A stretch of DNA of 64,000 bases from Azolla caroliniana (GCA_043228905.1 JBHGNT010000003.1:1984001-2048000); one strand, 5' to 3'. Shown: positions 1 to 12,330, counted from the stretch's first letter. Notes: generated by a model not told the origin, from the sequence alone. Translations and numbers: made by a program.

Positions 1-3000
1 TGGCAAGAAAGGCCACAGGGAAAGTGAGTGATGGAAGAAGCGCGCCGATTCGGAGAGAACCGGTTCCGGAAACGGCTCCGGACATACCGACAAGGGAAAT
101 CGGCAGCGATCGCACTACGCCGAAGACTCCGGGAGAGACGGAGAAGGGTCTGCCTTCGTGATGAGACACGAAGCAAACTCAATGAAACAGACCACCCCGA
201 GATCGGACGAGGTGTGGTACATAGACTCCAGGGCGTCAAACCACATGACGAGCCATAAGGAGTGGTTCTCGTACCTTGAAAAACCAATACAACCTGGAAT
301 AGTCGCAACTGGAGACGACACTCCGCATCCGATCGCGAATGTCGGAGAAGTTCCCCTTAGCCATGTTGGGCAGAAAGGGAAACTCATGAACGTGTTGCAC
401 GTTCCGACAATCACGAAGAACTTGGTCTCGGTCGGACAGATCGTCAACCAAGGGATGGAGGTTCGGTTTACACACCTCGGGTGCTTCATTGAGGAAGAAG
501 GCCATGTGATTGCGCAAGGGCGCAGAGACGGGAGGATGTTCATCCTCGACTCCACTGACGGTGGCACTGCAATGTTCGCGAAGGGACAAAAATCCAAGTC
601 GGACATCGACTTGTGGCATAGCGGATAGGCCACGTCAACTACCAGCGGCTTCAAGATCTGCAATCGAAACAGGTAGTGTTCAGATTGCCCAAATTTAGTG
701 GCCGAAAGGCACAAATTTGTGAAGCCTGCCAGCTCGGGAAGCAACACCGACTTCCTTTCCCAAACGAGCGAAACCGGAGCCGGAACAAGCTCGAACTTAT
801 ACACTCCGATGTATGGGGGCCGGCACAAAACGTTAGTCTTGGCGGGAGCCGATATTTCGTCTCCTTCATCGACGACCACACGTGGATCTACCTCATTGAG
901 AGGAAGAGCGAAGTCTTCGACTATTTCCGGGACCTCAAAGGGTCGTGGAAACAGAAATGGGACGAAAGATCAAGTGCATGCGGTCGGATGGCGGGAAAGA
1001 GTACTTTTCCGGTCAATTCAACGGTTACCTACAACAAATGGGAATTCGCCGCGAATTTAGTTGTAGATACACGCCGGAGCAGAACGGCGTGGCCGAGAGG
1101 AAGAATCGGTCAGTTGTGGAAGCGGCACGGGCAATGCTGGAGGAGAAGAGCTTGCCCAAGTTCTACTGGGCCGAGGCGGTAAGGACCGCAGTATACATCC
1201 AGAACCGGATCGGAGACAAAGTGTCGGCGCACGAGCTATATTTCGGAACGAAGCCGAACTTGCGACACTTGAAGGTGTTCGGTAGCATTGCGTATGTGCA
1301 TGTACCGAAGGAGAAAAGGAGGAAGCTGGACGCAAAGGCCGAGAAATGCATCTTGGTCGGTTACTCGGACGAGCAGAAGGGTTATAAGTGCTATAACCCT
1401 CGCACCAAACAAGCGCGTGTTAGCCGCGACGTTGTGGTTGACGAGTCCGCGTCCTGGTACCAGCCCCCGACTCCAATCCGTGTTCTGACGATGAGGTCAG
1501 CGAGGCCCAGATGCCTCCGGATGAGCCCAAAATCGAGACCCTCGAAGAGAGTCCGATTTCACTCCGTTTAAGTGGACCGATTGGACGACTGAGTCGGTAC
1601 GATCAGTCCGATGAAGAGCCGGCGAGTAGTGGAGACTCGGCCGTGCATTCCCCGCGCAGGAAGCCGAGGAGACGGCTTACGCGCAAAGAGAAAGGGAAGG
1701 AGAAGGTGTCGGATTCCGGCACGGATAAGAACGAGTCAGACCGACGCGAGTCCAACTCCGAGGGAACCGGTGACGGGTCTTTAAAGGTGAAGACCGTGTC
1801 GACCGAGAAGGCCTCGACATCGGCTAATGTGAGATTACGCCGATCTACCCGCCAGAAGAATCCTGTTTTGCGGTTCGGATACAACGAGTACATGGCGCAT
1901 CATTATGTGTACATGACCCATGTAGCGGAAGTGTGTGAGCCAGAGAGCTACGCAGAAGCGGCTAAAGACGCGAATTGGCGTGCCGCGATGGAGGAAGAGA
2001 TGCACACATTGGCGGAGAACGAGACCTAGGACCTGGTTGACGCACCAACAGGGGTAAAACCGATCGGGTGTAGGTGGGTGTACAAGGTCAAGTACAACAC
2101 CGATGGCTCGGTCAACCGGTACAAGGCTCAGCTAGTGGCAAAGGGCTACGCGCAGAAACACGGCATCGACTACGATGAGACGTTTGTGCCGGTCGCAAAA
2201 ATGACGACCGTCCGTGTTTTGCTCGTAGTAGCTGCAGTGAAGGGGTGGCACTTACATTAGATGGATGTAAAGAATGCGTTCTTGCAAGGTGACCTTGAGG
2301 AACAGGTGTACATGGTACAACCCCCCGGATTTCACTCTGGAACGAACTCCTCGGTAGTATGCCGACTGAAGAAGTCTCTTTACGGACTGAAGCAAGCCCC
2401 GCGTGCCTGGAACACAAAGATCAGGCAACAACTGCGTCGGATGGGCTTCGTCACGTCAAAATCGGACTCTTCCCTGTTCATCCGGAAAGGTCGACTCGGA
2501 CCGGTTAGTATTTTACTATATGTTGATGACTTGGTCATCACCAGCGCCGACCTAGGTGAAATCGACCGCGTGAAGCTCCAGCTTGCGGCATCGTTCGACA
2601 TGAAGGATCTGGGGGACCTTCATTACTTCCTCGGGATCGACGTGATCCATACCCCCGAAGGCATATTGATCAGCCAACATCATTACGTGCTGAGTATGCT
2701 CTTCAAATTCGGGATGGCCGACTGTAAGTCCGTCTCGACTCCTCTGGACAGAACCGTCAAGCTTCATCCCGATACGGGAAAGGTATGCGACCCGACGAGG
2801 TTCCGACAAATTGTCGGAAGCCTCATATACTTGACCATCACCCGACCCGACCTCAATTATCTGGTCGGAGTGATCAGTCAGTTCATGGCGCGACCTACCG
2901 AGGAGCACCGCCAGTGTGCGCAACGCATACTTTGGTATGTCAATGGCACTAAGGACCGGGGACTGCTATATCGGACCGGTGCAGCCGCGCAGTTAGTCGG

Positions 3001-3982
3001 CTACACCGATGCTGATTGGGTTGGCAATGCCGCCGATCGCCGATCCACGTCAGGATATGCGTTCTCCCTCGAGAGTGCCGCGATCGCGTGGAGCAGTAAG
3101 AAGCAGCCGACAGTTGCATTGTCGAGCACCGAAGCTGAGTACCAAGGAGCGGTTGTCGCGACATGCGAAGCCATATGGTTGAAGTGGCTACTTAAGGATC
3201 TGCAGGTGGAGGTGTCCGATCCAATGATGATCTACTGCGACAACCTCAGCAGCATCCAGCTCGCGAAAAACCCCGTTTTCCACGCACGGACCAAGCACAT
3301 TGAGGTGCACTACCATTTCGTCCGTGAGCGTGTCCTTTCCGGTGAAGTCGAACTTCAGTACGTTCCGACGGATCGGCAGACTGCCAACATCTTCACCAAG
3401 CCTCTTGGTCTGGACAAGTTGCGGCAATTCTCAGGTGCTCTCGGATTGCGTCACCTCGACGTTCCGAACTTGAGGGGGAGAACAGTCCCGAACGACCAAG
3501 CAAGGCAGCAGGAAAGGAGCGGAGACCGAGACACCGAGTCGGTTGACTCGGTTGTCGAGTTCGACTTCGGATCGGCTGAAGAAGCCGGGGGCGGACCCGC
3601 GGAAAAGTTCGGAAGCAGACAGAAGGGGAGCAACCGAAGGAGAGAGCCGAAGCCAACCACGCATGGGGAAGATGACACCACCGAGGGCGAGAAGACCGAA
3701 GACGAGTTGGAGACAGCCAACTCGGACGAGAGCGAAAACCGATCGGAGGTAGCCGAGTCGGTTCGGATGGTTGATTCAGACACGCTGAATCAACCGAGGC
3801 CCAAGCGGAAGAAAAGGCAGCAGGAGAAGTGTCAACACCGCAACAGCAGAAGAGCTGATAAGGGCCACATGAGCAAACAAGCCGACTGGAAGGGTCGAAG
3901 TGCGCGGAGTCAAACAGGCCGTGGAGCGCGAGCAAGGCGTGAAGCCAGGAGGAACCGGAGCTGTGAGCCTGAAGATCCATAA
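1..3982 (+). pseudogene. Disrupted copia gag-pol (end of zinc knuckle, PR, INT, RT, RNase H) with a long C-terminal extension
   Basis: ORFs 158-628, 676-1182, 945-1571, 1511-2029, 2078-2260 and 2261-3982 are joined by frameshifts and in-frame stops (TAG at 2027 and 2258). Confidence 0.92.
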
Positions 3983-4000
3983 GAGCCTCAAGTTGAGCTT

Positions 4001-4009
4001 GAGGGGGAG
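4001..4009 (+). promoter_or_regulatory. Polypurine tract of Copia-1
   Basis: GAGGGGGAG lies directly before TGTTGAGAG, the LTR start. Confidence 0.88.
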
Positions 4010-4297
4010 TGTTGAGAGACAAGCTCAACATCAGCCGGATCGGCTGAAGAAGCCGAGGACCGGATTGGTTGGGACCGATCGGTTAGGCCGAGTGCGTAAA
4101 CCGGGAGGTCGTTAGGAAAGATATTCCGTGAGGAATATATTTGGGAGTTAGTGTAGGAGCTCTTAATGAGTATTGAAGTATTGTCAATACTTCGGTCAGT
4201 CCTTCTAGGACTTGTATAAAAGTGTTCATTGAACACACATATGTATAGAGTGTGGTGAATAGAGATTGGGTTGTTGTTGTTGAATATAGTTCGTGTG

Positions 4298-4354
<57 letters not shown>

Positions 4355-4421
4355 GCATATACTGCGTAAGCTCAAGCTCTCCATTGAACCTGAGTTTTCT
4401 TCCTCCTGTTCGGTCTTCACA
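4010..4421 (+). repeat. 3' LTR of Copia-1, with TATA-like TATAAAA near 4216 and a (CT)n tract at about 4300-4351
   Basis: Starts TG after the PPT and ends ...CTTCACA where LINE homology begins. The right boundary is inferred because the 5' LTR is not in the window. Confidence 0.75.
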
Positions 4422-6159
4422 CTTGCTTCTGCACGTTACTTTTTACATTTGTCACTACTCCAAAATAACAATTTTTTCCTAATTTTCAATAGCAAAGGGT
4501 TAACTTGATTTTTAGTAGAAATATCCAAACCTACTTGACATCCCAAATATCTAACTAAGTTGCCCTCCAGAATCCATCGGAAAATCTGGATTCCTATGCC
4601 ACCCAAAAACCCACTGATTTATTCCAATTATTTGATGCACCGGAAGTCATACCAAAAGTTTGCAATGTTGTGTACATTTTTTGCAAATTAGTAAAATGAC
4701 CATCTAGATACAAACTTGTATCATCAACAAATTCTACATCCACAGCATTTGTCCCATCAAGGGGCATTGTTATTCCTTTCAATCCAACATCATCAGCAAC
4801 TAAAAACAAGCTCTGAATAGCTTCAGCAAAAAACATAAATAAATATGGTGCTAGTGGACAGCCTTGTTGTACACTTGTGGAAATTTGAAACACATCACCT
4901 TTAACCCCTCCCAAGGAAAGTGATTTGTAGGCCAATTTGTACAAAGAAGACACTCTTATCAACCATTTATCAAGAAAACCAAGTCTTACAAGAGTACCAT
5001 GAAGGAAATCCAATAAACTCGACCATAGGTATTTTCAAAATCAAGTAACAAAATAGATATATCCTCTTTTTTCCCTCTTTTTTCTTGTGAGTCAAGGCAA
5101 TAGCCTCCCCCCCAAAAAAATAGATTATTCATAATACTTCTTTCCTAAATAAAACCTGTTTGGATGACATGAATCAAATCATGTAATAAAGACTACAATC
5201 TCAATATAATGTTTTTGCAAAAAATTATAGATTATATTAAACAAAGTTATTGGTCTCCGTTTTTGGATATAATCCGATATACTAACACCCTTAGGTATTC
5301 AATCAATCAATCCAACTGCCATATTACGAGGCATATATCCAACATAAAAAATTCTTTGATAACTTCCGTTAAGTCTTTCCCAATATATTCCCAATATTTG
5401 AGAAAAAAATGTGAAGTAATGTTGTCCTCCCCTAGATAAGACACAAGACTTAAAGCTTTAAGTGCATTGTATATTTCCATAATGTCAAAGGGTTTCAGTA
5501 ATCTAAACTTCATTTCCTTTGTGACTTTAAGCTTAATTTTGTCCCACACTCATTTCCTACTTTTGTGAACCAAAGTTGTAAGAGTTCCAACACACAACAA
5601 TTGAGTATAGTAAATTGTAACCATTTGTAACATTTCTGACTCTTCTTATATAAGAGGCATCTCGTCAATAGTTTGATCAGTACTGCAGACCATTTCAATT
5701 CAACTTGGGGAAAAAACTTTTTGTTTACTCGATCACCTACTAGTGTCCATTTTGAAACAAAAGTTTGATATTGAAATTGTAGATTCCTATCCTCAATATT
5801 TTGTAATTCCCATTTTGCATTATGTAGAGCATTTGTCGTCAAGTCATGTTATGGATCCCTTTCTTGGAAATGTTGCAATTATGTCAAGGCACGGCACATA
5901 CTGATAATTTTCTGTTTATAGCTTTCCCTTTTTCCTTGTGCCCAAGAATTTAGGAAACTACTAATACATAATATTGCCAAAGCCACATTATCTTCCACAT
6001 TTCCATTTTGCACTTCATATCATATGCATAACTTGTTAGTAACTACGTTTTCCATAAACAATTTAGGTGGAATCCTCATCCTCCCTTGTTGCTTACGTTG
6101 TTTCACATCATTAACTTGTAGCACAACTATGGCATGATCGGAGAAAGTCGTGCATGGAT
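4422..6159 (-). mobile_element. LINE-A (L1/Tx1-like) ORF2, RT portion, decayed
   Basis: Minus-strand RT motifs (SVQQGCPLAPYLF, EFVDDTSLYL, NWNKSVGFW, FFLKYWE) with many stops and frameshifts. Confidence 0.9.
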
Positions 6160-6445
6160 TGTTGAGAATCAAGCTCAACTTGGTCAATAGTGTGAACTCA
6201 CCTTGAGAGTGAAGAGACACCTCAACGGTCAAGAGTGACCATTATGTCACAACTTTGTATTCTAGCATTAAGTATGAGTCATAGAATCATATTCTATGAC
6301 ACATAACTTATGAGATTTCACATTCCCCATGCTCCATGAGCCTTGTAGTTAATGAAGAGAGAGGGTGACTACATAAAGCACCCTCCTCCCACCTTGTATG
6401 TTGTTGTGTCTTTCTCCTTTGATAATATACTTTTTACCTTGCGTA

Positions 6446-6482
<37 letters not shown>

Positions 6483-6557
6483 TCTCTCTCTCTCTTACAC
6501 ACACACATAACTCACATCTCTTCCGCTTCACAAGAATCCATCTCTTGATTCTTTACA
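6160..6557 (+). repeat. 5' LTR of Copia-2
   Basis: Near-identical to 11262-11666. Contains a (GT)n(CT)n tract and the hairpin GTCATAGAAT-cat-ATTCTATGAC at 6278-6300. Confidence 0.96.
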
Positions 6558-6569
6558 TGGTATCAGAGC
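6558..6569 (+). promoter_or_regulatory. Primer-binding site (tRNA-iMet) of Copia-2
   Basis: TGGTATCAGAGC immediately after the LTR-terminal CA. Confidence 0.95.
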
Positions 6570-6719
6570 GATTTGGTAGCTCGATCTAGCCCATTCGCCT
6601 CATCGTGATCGTGTGTTGCGCTCCACACCGACGACCAAGAACTGGCTCATCGCTATTGTAGCTTCGCTACATAGCTCACATTCGAAGAGAGAAGAAGAAG
6701 AAGAAGAAGAATCGACATA

Positions 6720-9700
6720 ATGAATACTCAAATGGGGAGCGCTCTCCCTACCGAGAAGTTGGATCGAAACAACTTCGCATCTTGGGAGTACAAGATGCAC
6801 CAATACCTTGTCGGACAAGGCTATTGGAGCTACATCAAAGGAGCGCATGAAGACCGACCCGCCGAAGTGGCTCCCGGATACGCAACATGGGAGCAAGCCG
6901 CAAGCCGCGTGATGTATTGTTTGGCGACATGTGTTCACGACCACATGCTCGGTTACATTCGAGAAGCCAAGACGCCAAAGGAAGCGTGGGAAAACCTACG
7001 AAAGATTTTTGCCGCCAACACGACCGCGAGGAAGCTTCAACTCCGCCAAGAGTTGAACAACATTCAACAAAGGGATATGTCCATCACGACATACACCTTG
7101 AAGATCAAGGAGCTTTGCGGCTCGCTCGGCTCAATAAGCGTAAGTATAGATGATGATGAGATGGTGCAAATTTGCCTCGGCGGCCTCGCACCACGGTTCG
7201 GCGCAATGCGAACTGCCGTTCTAGCACGGGAGAAATCTCCCTCCTTCTTCAAGCTCCAATCAATGCTATTGGTCGAAGAAAACCACGTGCGTACAAGGAG
7301 CAATGAGTCGAAAGGCCACATGCTCTACACGCACTCTAATGGAGGAAGAGGACATGGACGAGCGAGAGGCCGATTCGGCCAAGGACAAGGCGGATGAGGT
7401 CCGACCTACGACAACAACTCCCAATTTCAGCCGCAAAACGGAGGCCAACAAGGAACCTTCACAAGAAGGGGGAGCTTCCACTCTGGCCCGAGCCGTCAAA
7501 ACGCAATCGAATGCGGATATTGCGGAAAGCTCGGCCACCACGAAGAAGAGTGCCGAAAGAAGATGCGTGAATCGGCTTCCACAAGCCGACAACTCACGAA
7601 TTACGCGCACAATTCCGACTACAAAGAGTATAGCGGAATGTACGGGCACAACTACAACTATGAGGATCGTGGCGGAATGTACACATACAACTCCGACCGT
7701 GGCGGAATGTTCATGATGAAACATAGAGCAAAGTTTATGTCGGCCTCTACCTCAACTAGTGCCCTCAATCCGGAGGACGTATGGTTTGTTGACTCCGGAG
7801 CCTCAAACCATATGACATCCCACAAAGAATGGTTTCTCGAACTTCGAGAGCCGGAGCAACCCGGTTATGTCGAAACCGAAGATGACACTACGCACCCGAT
7901 TCGGCACATCGGCAATGTTCCGTTCGGCGAAAGAGGTAAGCAAACATACATTAAAAATGTCTTGCATGTACCCACCATCACAAAGAATTTGGTCTCGGTC
8001 GGCCAAATGGTTAAGCAAGGGATGCAAGTACGATTCGACCAAGAAGGGTGCTTCATCGAAAAAGAAGGTTGAATCATCACACGCGGAAGAAGAGAGGGCC
8101 GGATGTTCATTCTCGATTCGCACGAGATGAAATCCGCCATGTTCGCGAAAAGCACGAAAGCCGACTCCGACATAGAACTATGGCATAAGCGAATCGGCCA
8201 CATCAATCTCAACAAACTCAAAGCAATGAAATCGAAAGGAGTTGTCATTGGACTCCCGACATTCAAAGAGAAGGAGATTGAAGGTGTATGCGAAGCGTGC
8301 CAATTCGGCAAGCAACACCGACACCCATTTCCGAAGGAGCGGAATGTGAGCAAAGGCGTACTCGACGTAACTCATTCCGATGTATGGGGTCCGGCTCAAA
8401 TGGCGACATTCGGCGGATGCCGATATTACGTGCTCTTCATCGACAACTTTTCTAGGCACACTTGGATCTACCCGATGTGGCAAAAGAGCGAAGTGTTCGG
8501 ACACTTCCAAAATTTCAACAATGAAGTCGAGAAAGCCACGCGCCGACATGTACAATGCCTTCAATCGGATGGCGGCAAGGAGTACTTCTCAGACGATTTC
8601 ACGACGTATCTCCGAAAGGAAGGAATTCAGCGAGAATTCACTTGCCGACACACTCCGCAACAAAACGGAGTAGTCGAGCGCAAAAATCGGCACATCCTCG
8701 AAGTAGCGCAGGCCATGATGAACGAGAAGCATATGCCCAAGTCATATTGGGCCGAAGCGGCAAATACAGTCATCTATCTAATGAACCGGTGCACAACATC
8801 CGGCGTGCATGATGTCACTCCGCACGAAAGATTCTTCGGAAAGAAGCTGAACCTATCACATGTTCGGATATTCGGCTCCATTGCGTACGTGCACATCCCC
8901 GATGAGAAGCGTCAAAAGCTCGACCCAAAGTCGGAGAAATGCATCCTCGTAGGATACTCACTCGAACAAAAGGGATACAAGTGCTACAACCCCTCAACTC
9001 GAAAATCTCGAGTAAGTCGAGACGTCGTTTTTGACGAGTTCGCATCCTGGTACGCACCAGAGACAACTTCGCCCCCGACTCCGCTCGACCCGGAATCTGC
9101 CGAACAAGAGATAGAGGATGAAGTTCACCCTACGCGCATGATCGAAGGAAGTTCGATCATGACCCGACTGAGCAGACCACAAGAGCCTTTGAGCGATCAA
9201 AGCACATCACGGCCTAGCCCGAAGATGGACAAAGGCAAGGCGAAAATGGCGGAATATGATGACGATCGCTTCAACGACGATGAATCGACTCACTCACACG
9301 ACAGTGAGTTTGGCGGTTTCGAGGTACCAATCGGCGCCAAGAAAGCCCTCATCTCTGCAAATGAAAAGCTCCACCGATCCACTCATGAAAAGAACCCCGT
9401 AAGCCAATTCAGCTACAACGATTATATGGCGTACCATTACGCCTTTATGATGAAGGTAGCGACAGTAGAGGAGCCGGAAACCTTTTTGGAAGCCGCAAAG
9501 GACCCGCGATGGATTGAAGCAATGAACGAGGAGATGTAGGCACTACGGAAGAAGGAGACGTGGGATCTCGTTCCCACCTCACCACACAAAAAGGCGATCG
9601 GATGCAGATGGATCTACAAGGTGAAGTATAACGTCGATGGCTCTGTAAACCGCTACAAAGCGCGACTCGTAGCAAAAGGCTACGCCCAAACGCACAGAGT

Positions 9701-11039
9701 TGACTACGAGGAAACCTTTGCCCCGGTGGCAAAGATGACAATGGTGCGGACCGTAATTGCGCTTGTCGCGGCGAAAGGGTGGCACCTCCATCAAATGGAT
9801 GTCAAGAACGCCTTTCTACAAGGCGAATTAGAAGAGGAGGTGTACATGATCCAACCACCCGGCTTCAACTCGAGCACCCATCCGAAAGTTGTATGCCGAC
9901 TCAAGAAGCCACTCTATGGCCTCAAGCAAGCACCGCGTGCTTGGCATTCGAAGATAACGCAATATCTTCATCAAATCGGCTTCCGTATGTCAAAATCGGA
10001 CAACTCCCTCTACCTACGAAGCGATTCCGCAAGTCCAATCGTCATCATTTTATATGTGGATGACCTAGTCATTGGAGGTGAGCATCTCGTCGAAATCAAT
10101 AAAGTCAAATCCCTCCTTTCCAACAAGTTCGAGATGACGGACATGAATGAGCTCCACTACTTCCTCGGCATCGAGGTAATTCGGACTCCGGCAAGAATCA
10201 TGATCTCTCAACGGCACTACATCCTCAACTTGTTATACAAGTTCGGGATGGCTGAGTGCAAATCCGTGGCAACCCCGCTCGATCGTAATCTCAAACTAGA
10301 TGCGAACTCCGACACCAAAGCATGTGAGCCGACTCAGTATCGGCAACTCATCGGGAGTCTCATCTACCTCACAATCACACAACCCGATCTCAGTTATCCG
10401 GTCGGTCTCCTTAGCCAATTCATGCAAACACCGCATGATACTCACTTGGATTGCGCTAAGTGAGTTCTACGATATGTGAGCGGCACAATGGATTGCGGCA
10501 TCCTCTATAAGACCACGATGCCAATATGCCTCGAGGGGTACACAGACGCTTATTGGGCCGGCTACAAAGCCGATAGAAGATCAACCTCCAGATTTGTTTT
10601 CTCCCTCGGCAGCGGAGCAATATCCTGGAGTAGCAAGAAGCAGCCTACCGTCGCTCTTTCGAGTACGGAGGCGGAATATAGGGGCGCAGCCGTAGCTGCT
10701 TGTGAAGCCATATGGCTCAAGCGGATCTTGAAGGATCTGGGCGTACCCATCAAGGATTTGACTTCCCTTTACTTCGACAACATCAGTAGTATCTATCTGG
10801 CTCGGAACCCGGTGTTCCACGCGTGGACAAAGCATATCGAAGTGCACTATCACTTCATCCGAGAGTGTGTTCTGGTTGGCGATGTCGATCTACAACACAT
10901 TAGCACCAATCTTCAAACAGCCGACATCTTCACTAAAGCCTTAGGAGCCGACAAGCTATGGCAATTCATGACCAATCTCGGATTGACGATCCCTGACCTG
11001 CCAAGCTTGAGGGGGAGTACTGAAGACACTACGCAATAA
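6720..11039 (+). pseudogene. Copia-2 gag-pol in a single frame, interrupted by four in-frame stops
   Basis: Gag (KLDRNNFASW), zinc knuckle CGYCGKLGHHEEEC, PR (WFVDSGASNHM), INT, RT (LYVDDL) and RH (ADIFTK). Stops at 7395, 8070, 9537 and 10461. Confidence 0.95.
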
Positions 11040-11252
11040 CACGTGGATTCCGCAACCACGCGAAGATCTACCGTGCAAAGCCACAAAGAAAGACGCAAGC
11101 CGAAGCACAAACTTCGCAACTACGCACAACGCAAGCTGGAGCACAGATTCCGCAACTCCGCATAAAGCGAGCCGACGCGAGTCGACGCGGACTCCGGAAC
11201 GCGAGTTGAAGCGGATTTCGGATACCGTCTGAAACCAACCCGACTTGAGCTT

Positions 11253-11261
11253 GAGGGGGCG
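11253..11261 (+). promoter_or_regulatory. Polypurine tract of Copia-2
   Basis: GAGGGGGCG directly before the 3' LTR TGTTGAG. Confidence 0.85.
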
Positions 11262-11544
11262 TGTTGAGAATCAAGCTCAACTTGGTCTAGTGTGTGAACT
11301 CACCTTGAGAGTGAAGAGACACCTCAACGGTCAAGAGTGACCATTATGTCACCACTTTGTATTCTAGCATTTAGTATGAGTCATAAAATCATATTCTATG
11401 ACACATAACTTATGAGCTTTCACATTCCCCATGCTCCATGAGCCTTGTAGTTAATGAAGAGAGAGGGTGACTACATAAAACACCCTCCTCCCACCTTGTA
11501 TGTTGTGTCTTTCTCCTTTGCTAATATACTTTTTACCTTGCGTA

Positions 11545-11608
<64 letters not shown>

Positions 11609-11666
11609 CACACACATAACTCACATCTCTGCCGCTTCACAAGATTCCATCTCTTGATTCTTTACA
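11262..11666 (+). repeat. 3' LTR of Copia-2
   Basis: Direct repeat of 6160-6557, followed by TSD TGGAT. Confidence 0.96.
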
Positions 11667-12330
11667 TGGATAAATGCCAACACTCTCACTAATCTCCGCA
11701 AAGAAATCATCAACATAAATCCTACCACTTCTTGACATATTTGCCCCATTTAATCTTCTATCAGATCTAATGTTAAGGAATTATGCGATTTTCCAAAAGA
11801 CGGTAAATGTCAAACATCCAACAACCTTCTACTTATAGTAAATTTTTCTGATGCTGATAATTTTGAACCATGCATTGTTACTCCACTGTCACCACTCCTA
11901 TCATCAGGATCCTCAATCATATTAAAGTCTCCTGCGACACACCAATGATCTACGAATGACAATGAATTGGGAGCATACAAATTCAAAAAACCAACCTTTT
12001 TATTGTAAAACTTAAGGATAACATATTGTGTTCTTCCTAACAACAAAATCCCCACATCCAGCTTATTTACTTGCCATATGTCACGAATAGCCATACATAA
12101 TCCACCTTGGATCTATGTTGATCCATATGTCGGGACCCATACATTTCCCAATTTCCAGGCAGTAATGAACCATAGACTTTAGTATTCCTTTCATTTAGAT
12201 GATGTTCTTGTAACATAACTATGTCCACTTGACCAGTTATACATTTATGCAATTCTAATCAAAATCATCATTTATATTGTTTACATAAGGATCCCCCCAA
12301 ACCCTAAACATTCCAAGAAATAAACTTCAT
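11667..12330 (-). mobile_element. LINE-A ORF2 N-terminus (APE endonuclease), decayed
   Basis: ATG at 12330 gives MKFISWNV*GLGG, then DIVMLQEHH, FLNLYAPN and WCVAGDFNMIE. It continues at 6159 across Copia-2. Confidence 0.9.

Larger units (their letters stand above)
1..4421 (+). mobile_element. Ty1/copia LTR retrotransposon 'Copia-1', 5' end outside the window, inserted in LINE-A
   Basis: Domain order PR (WYIDSRASNHM), INT (CEACQLGKQ, RSDGGKE, PEQNGVAER), RT (DVKNAFL, LYVDDL), RH (DADW, YCDN), then PPT and a TG-starting LTR. LINE RT sequence resumes at about 4422. Confidence 0.95.
6160..11666 (+). mobile_element. Full-length Ty1/copia element 'Copia-2' with 5-bp TSD TGGAT, nested in LINE-A
   Basis: LTRs 6160-6557 and 11262-11666 (TGTTG...TTACA), TSD TGGAT at 6155-6159 and 11667-11671, PBS, PPT and complete gag-pol. 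Confidence 0.97.

Noticed and set aside
4083-4508. RERERE / SLSLSL ORFs here and at 6349-6589, 60358-60852 and 63255-63584
   Set aside because: Translations of dinucleotide microsatellites inside LTRs.
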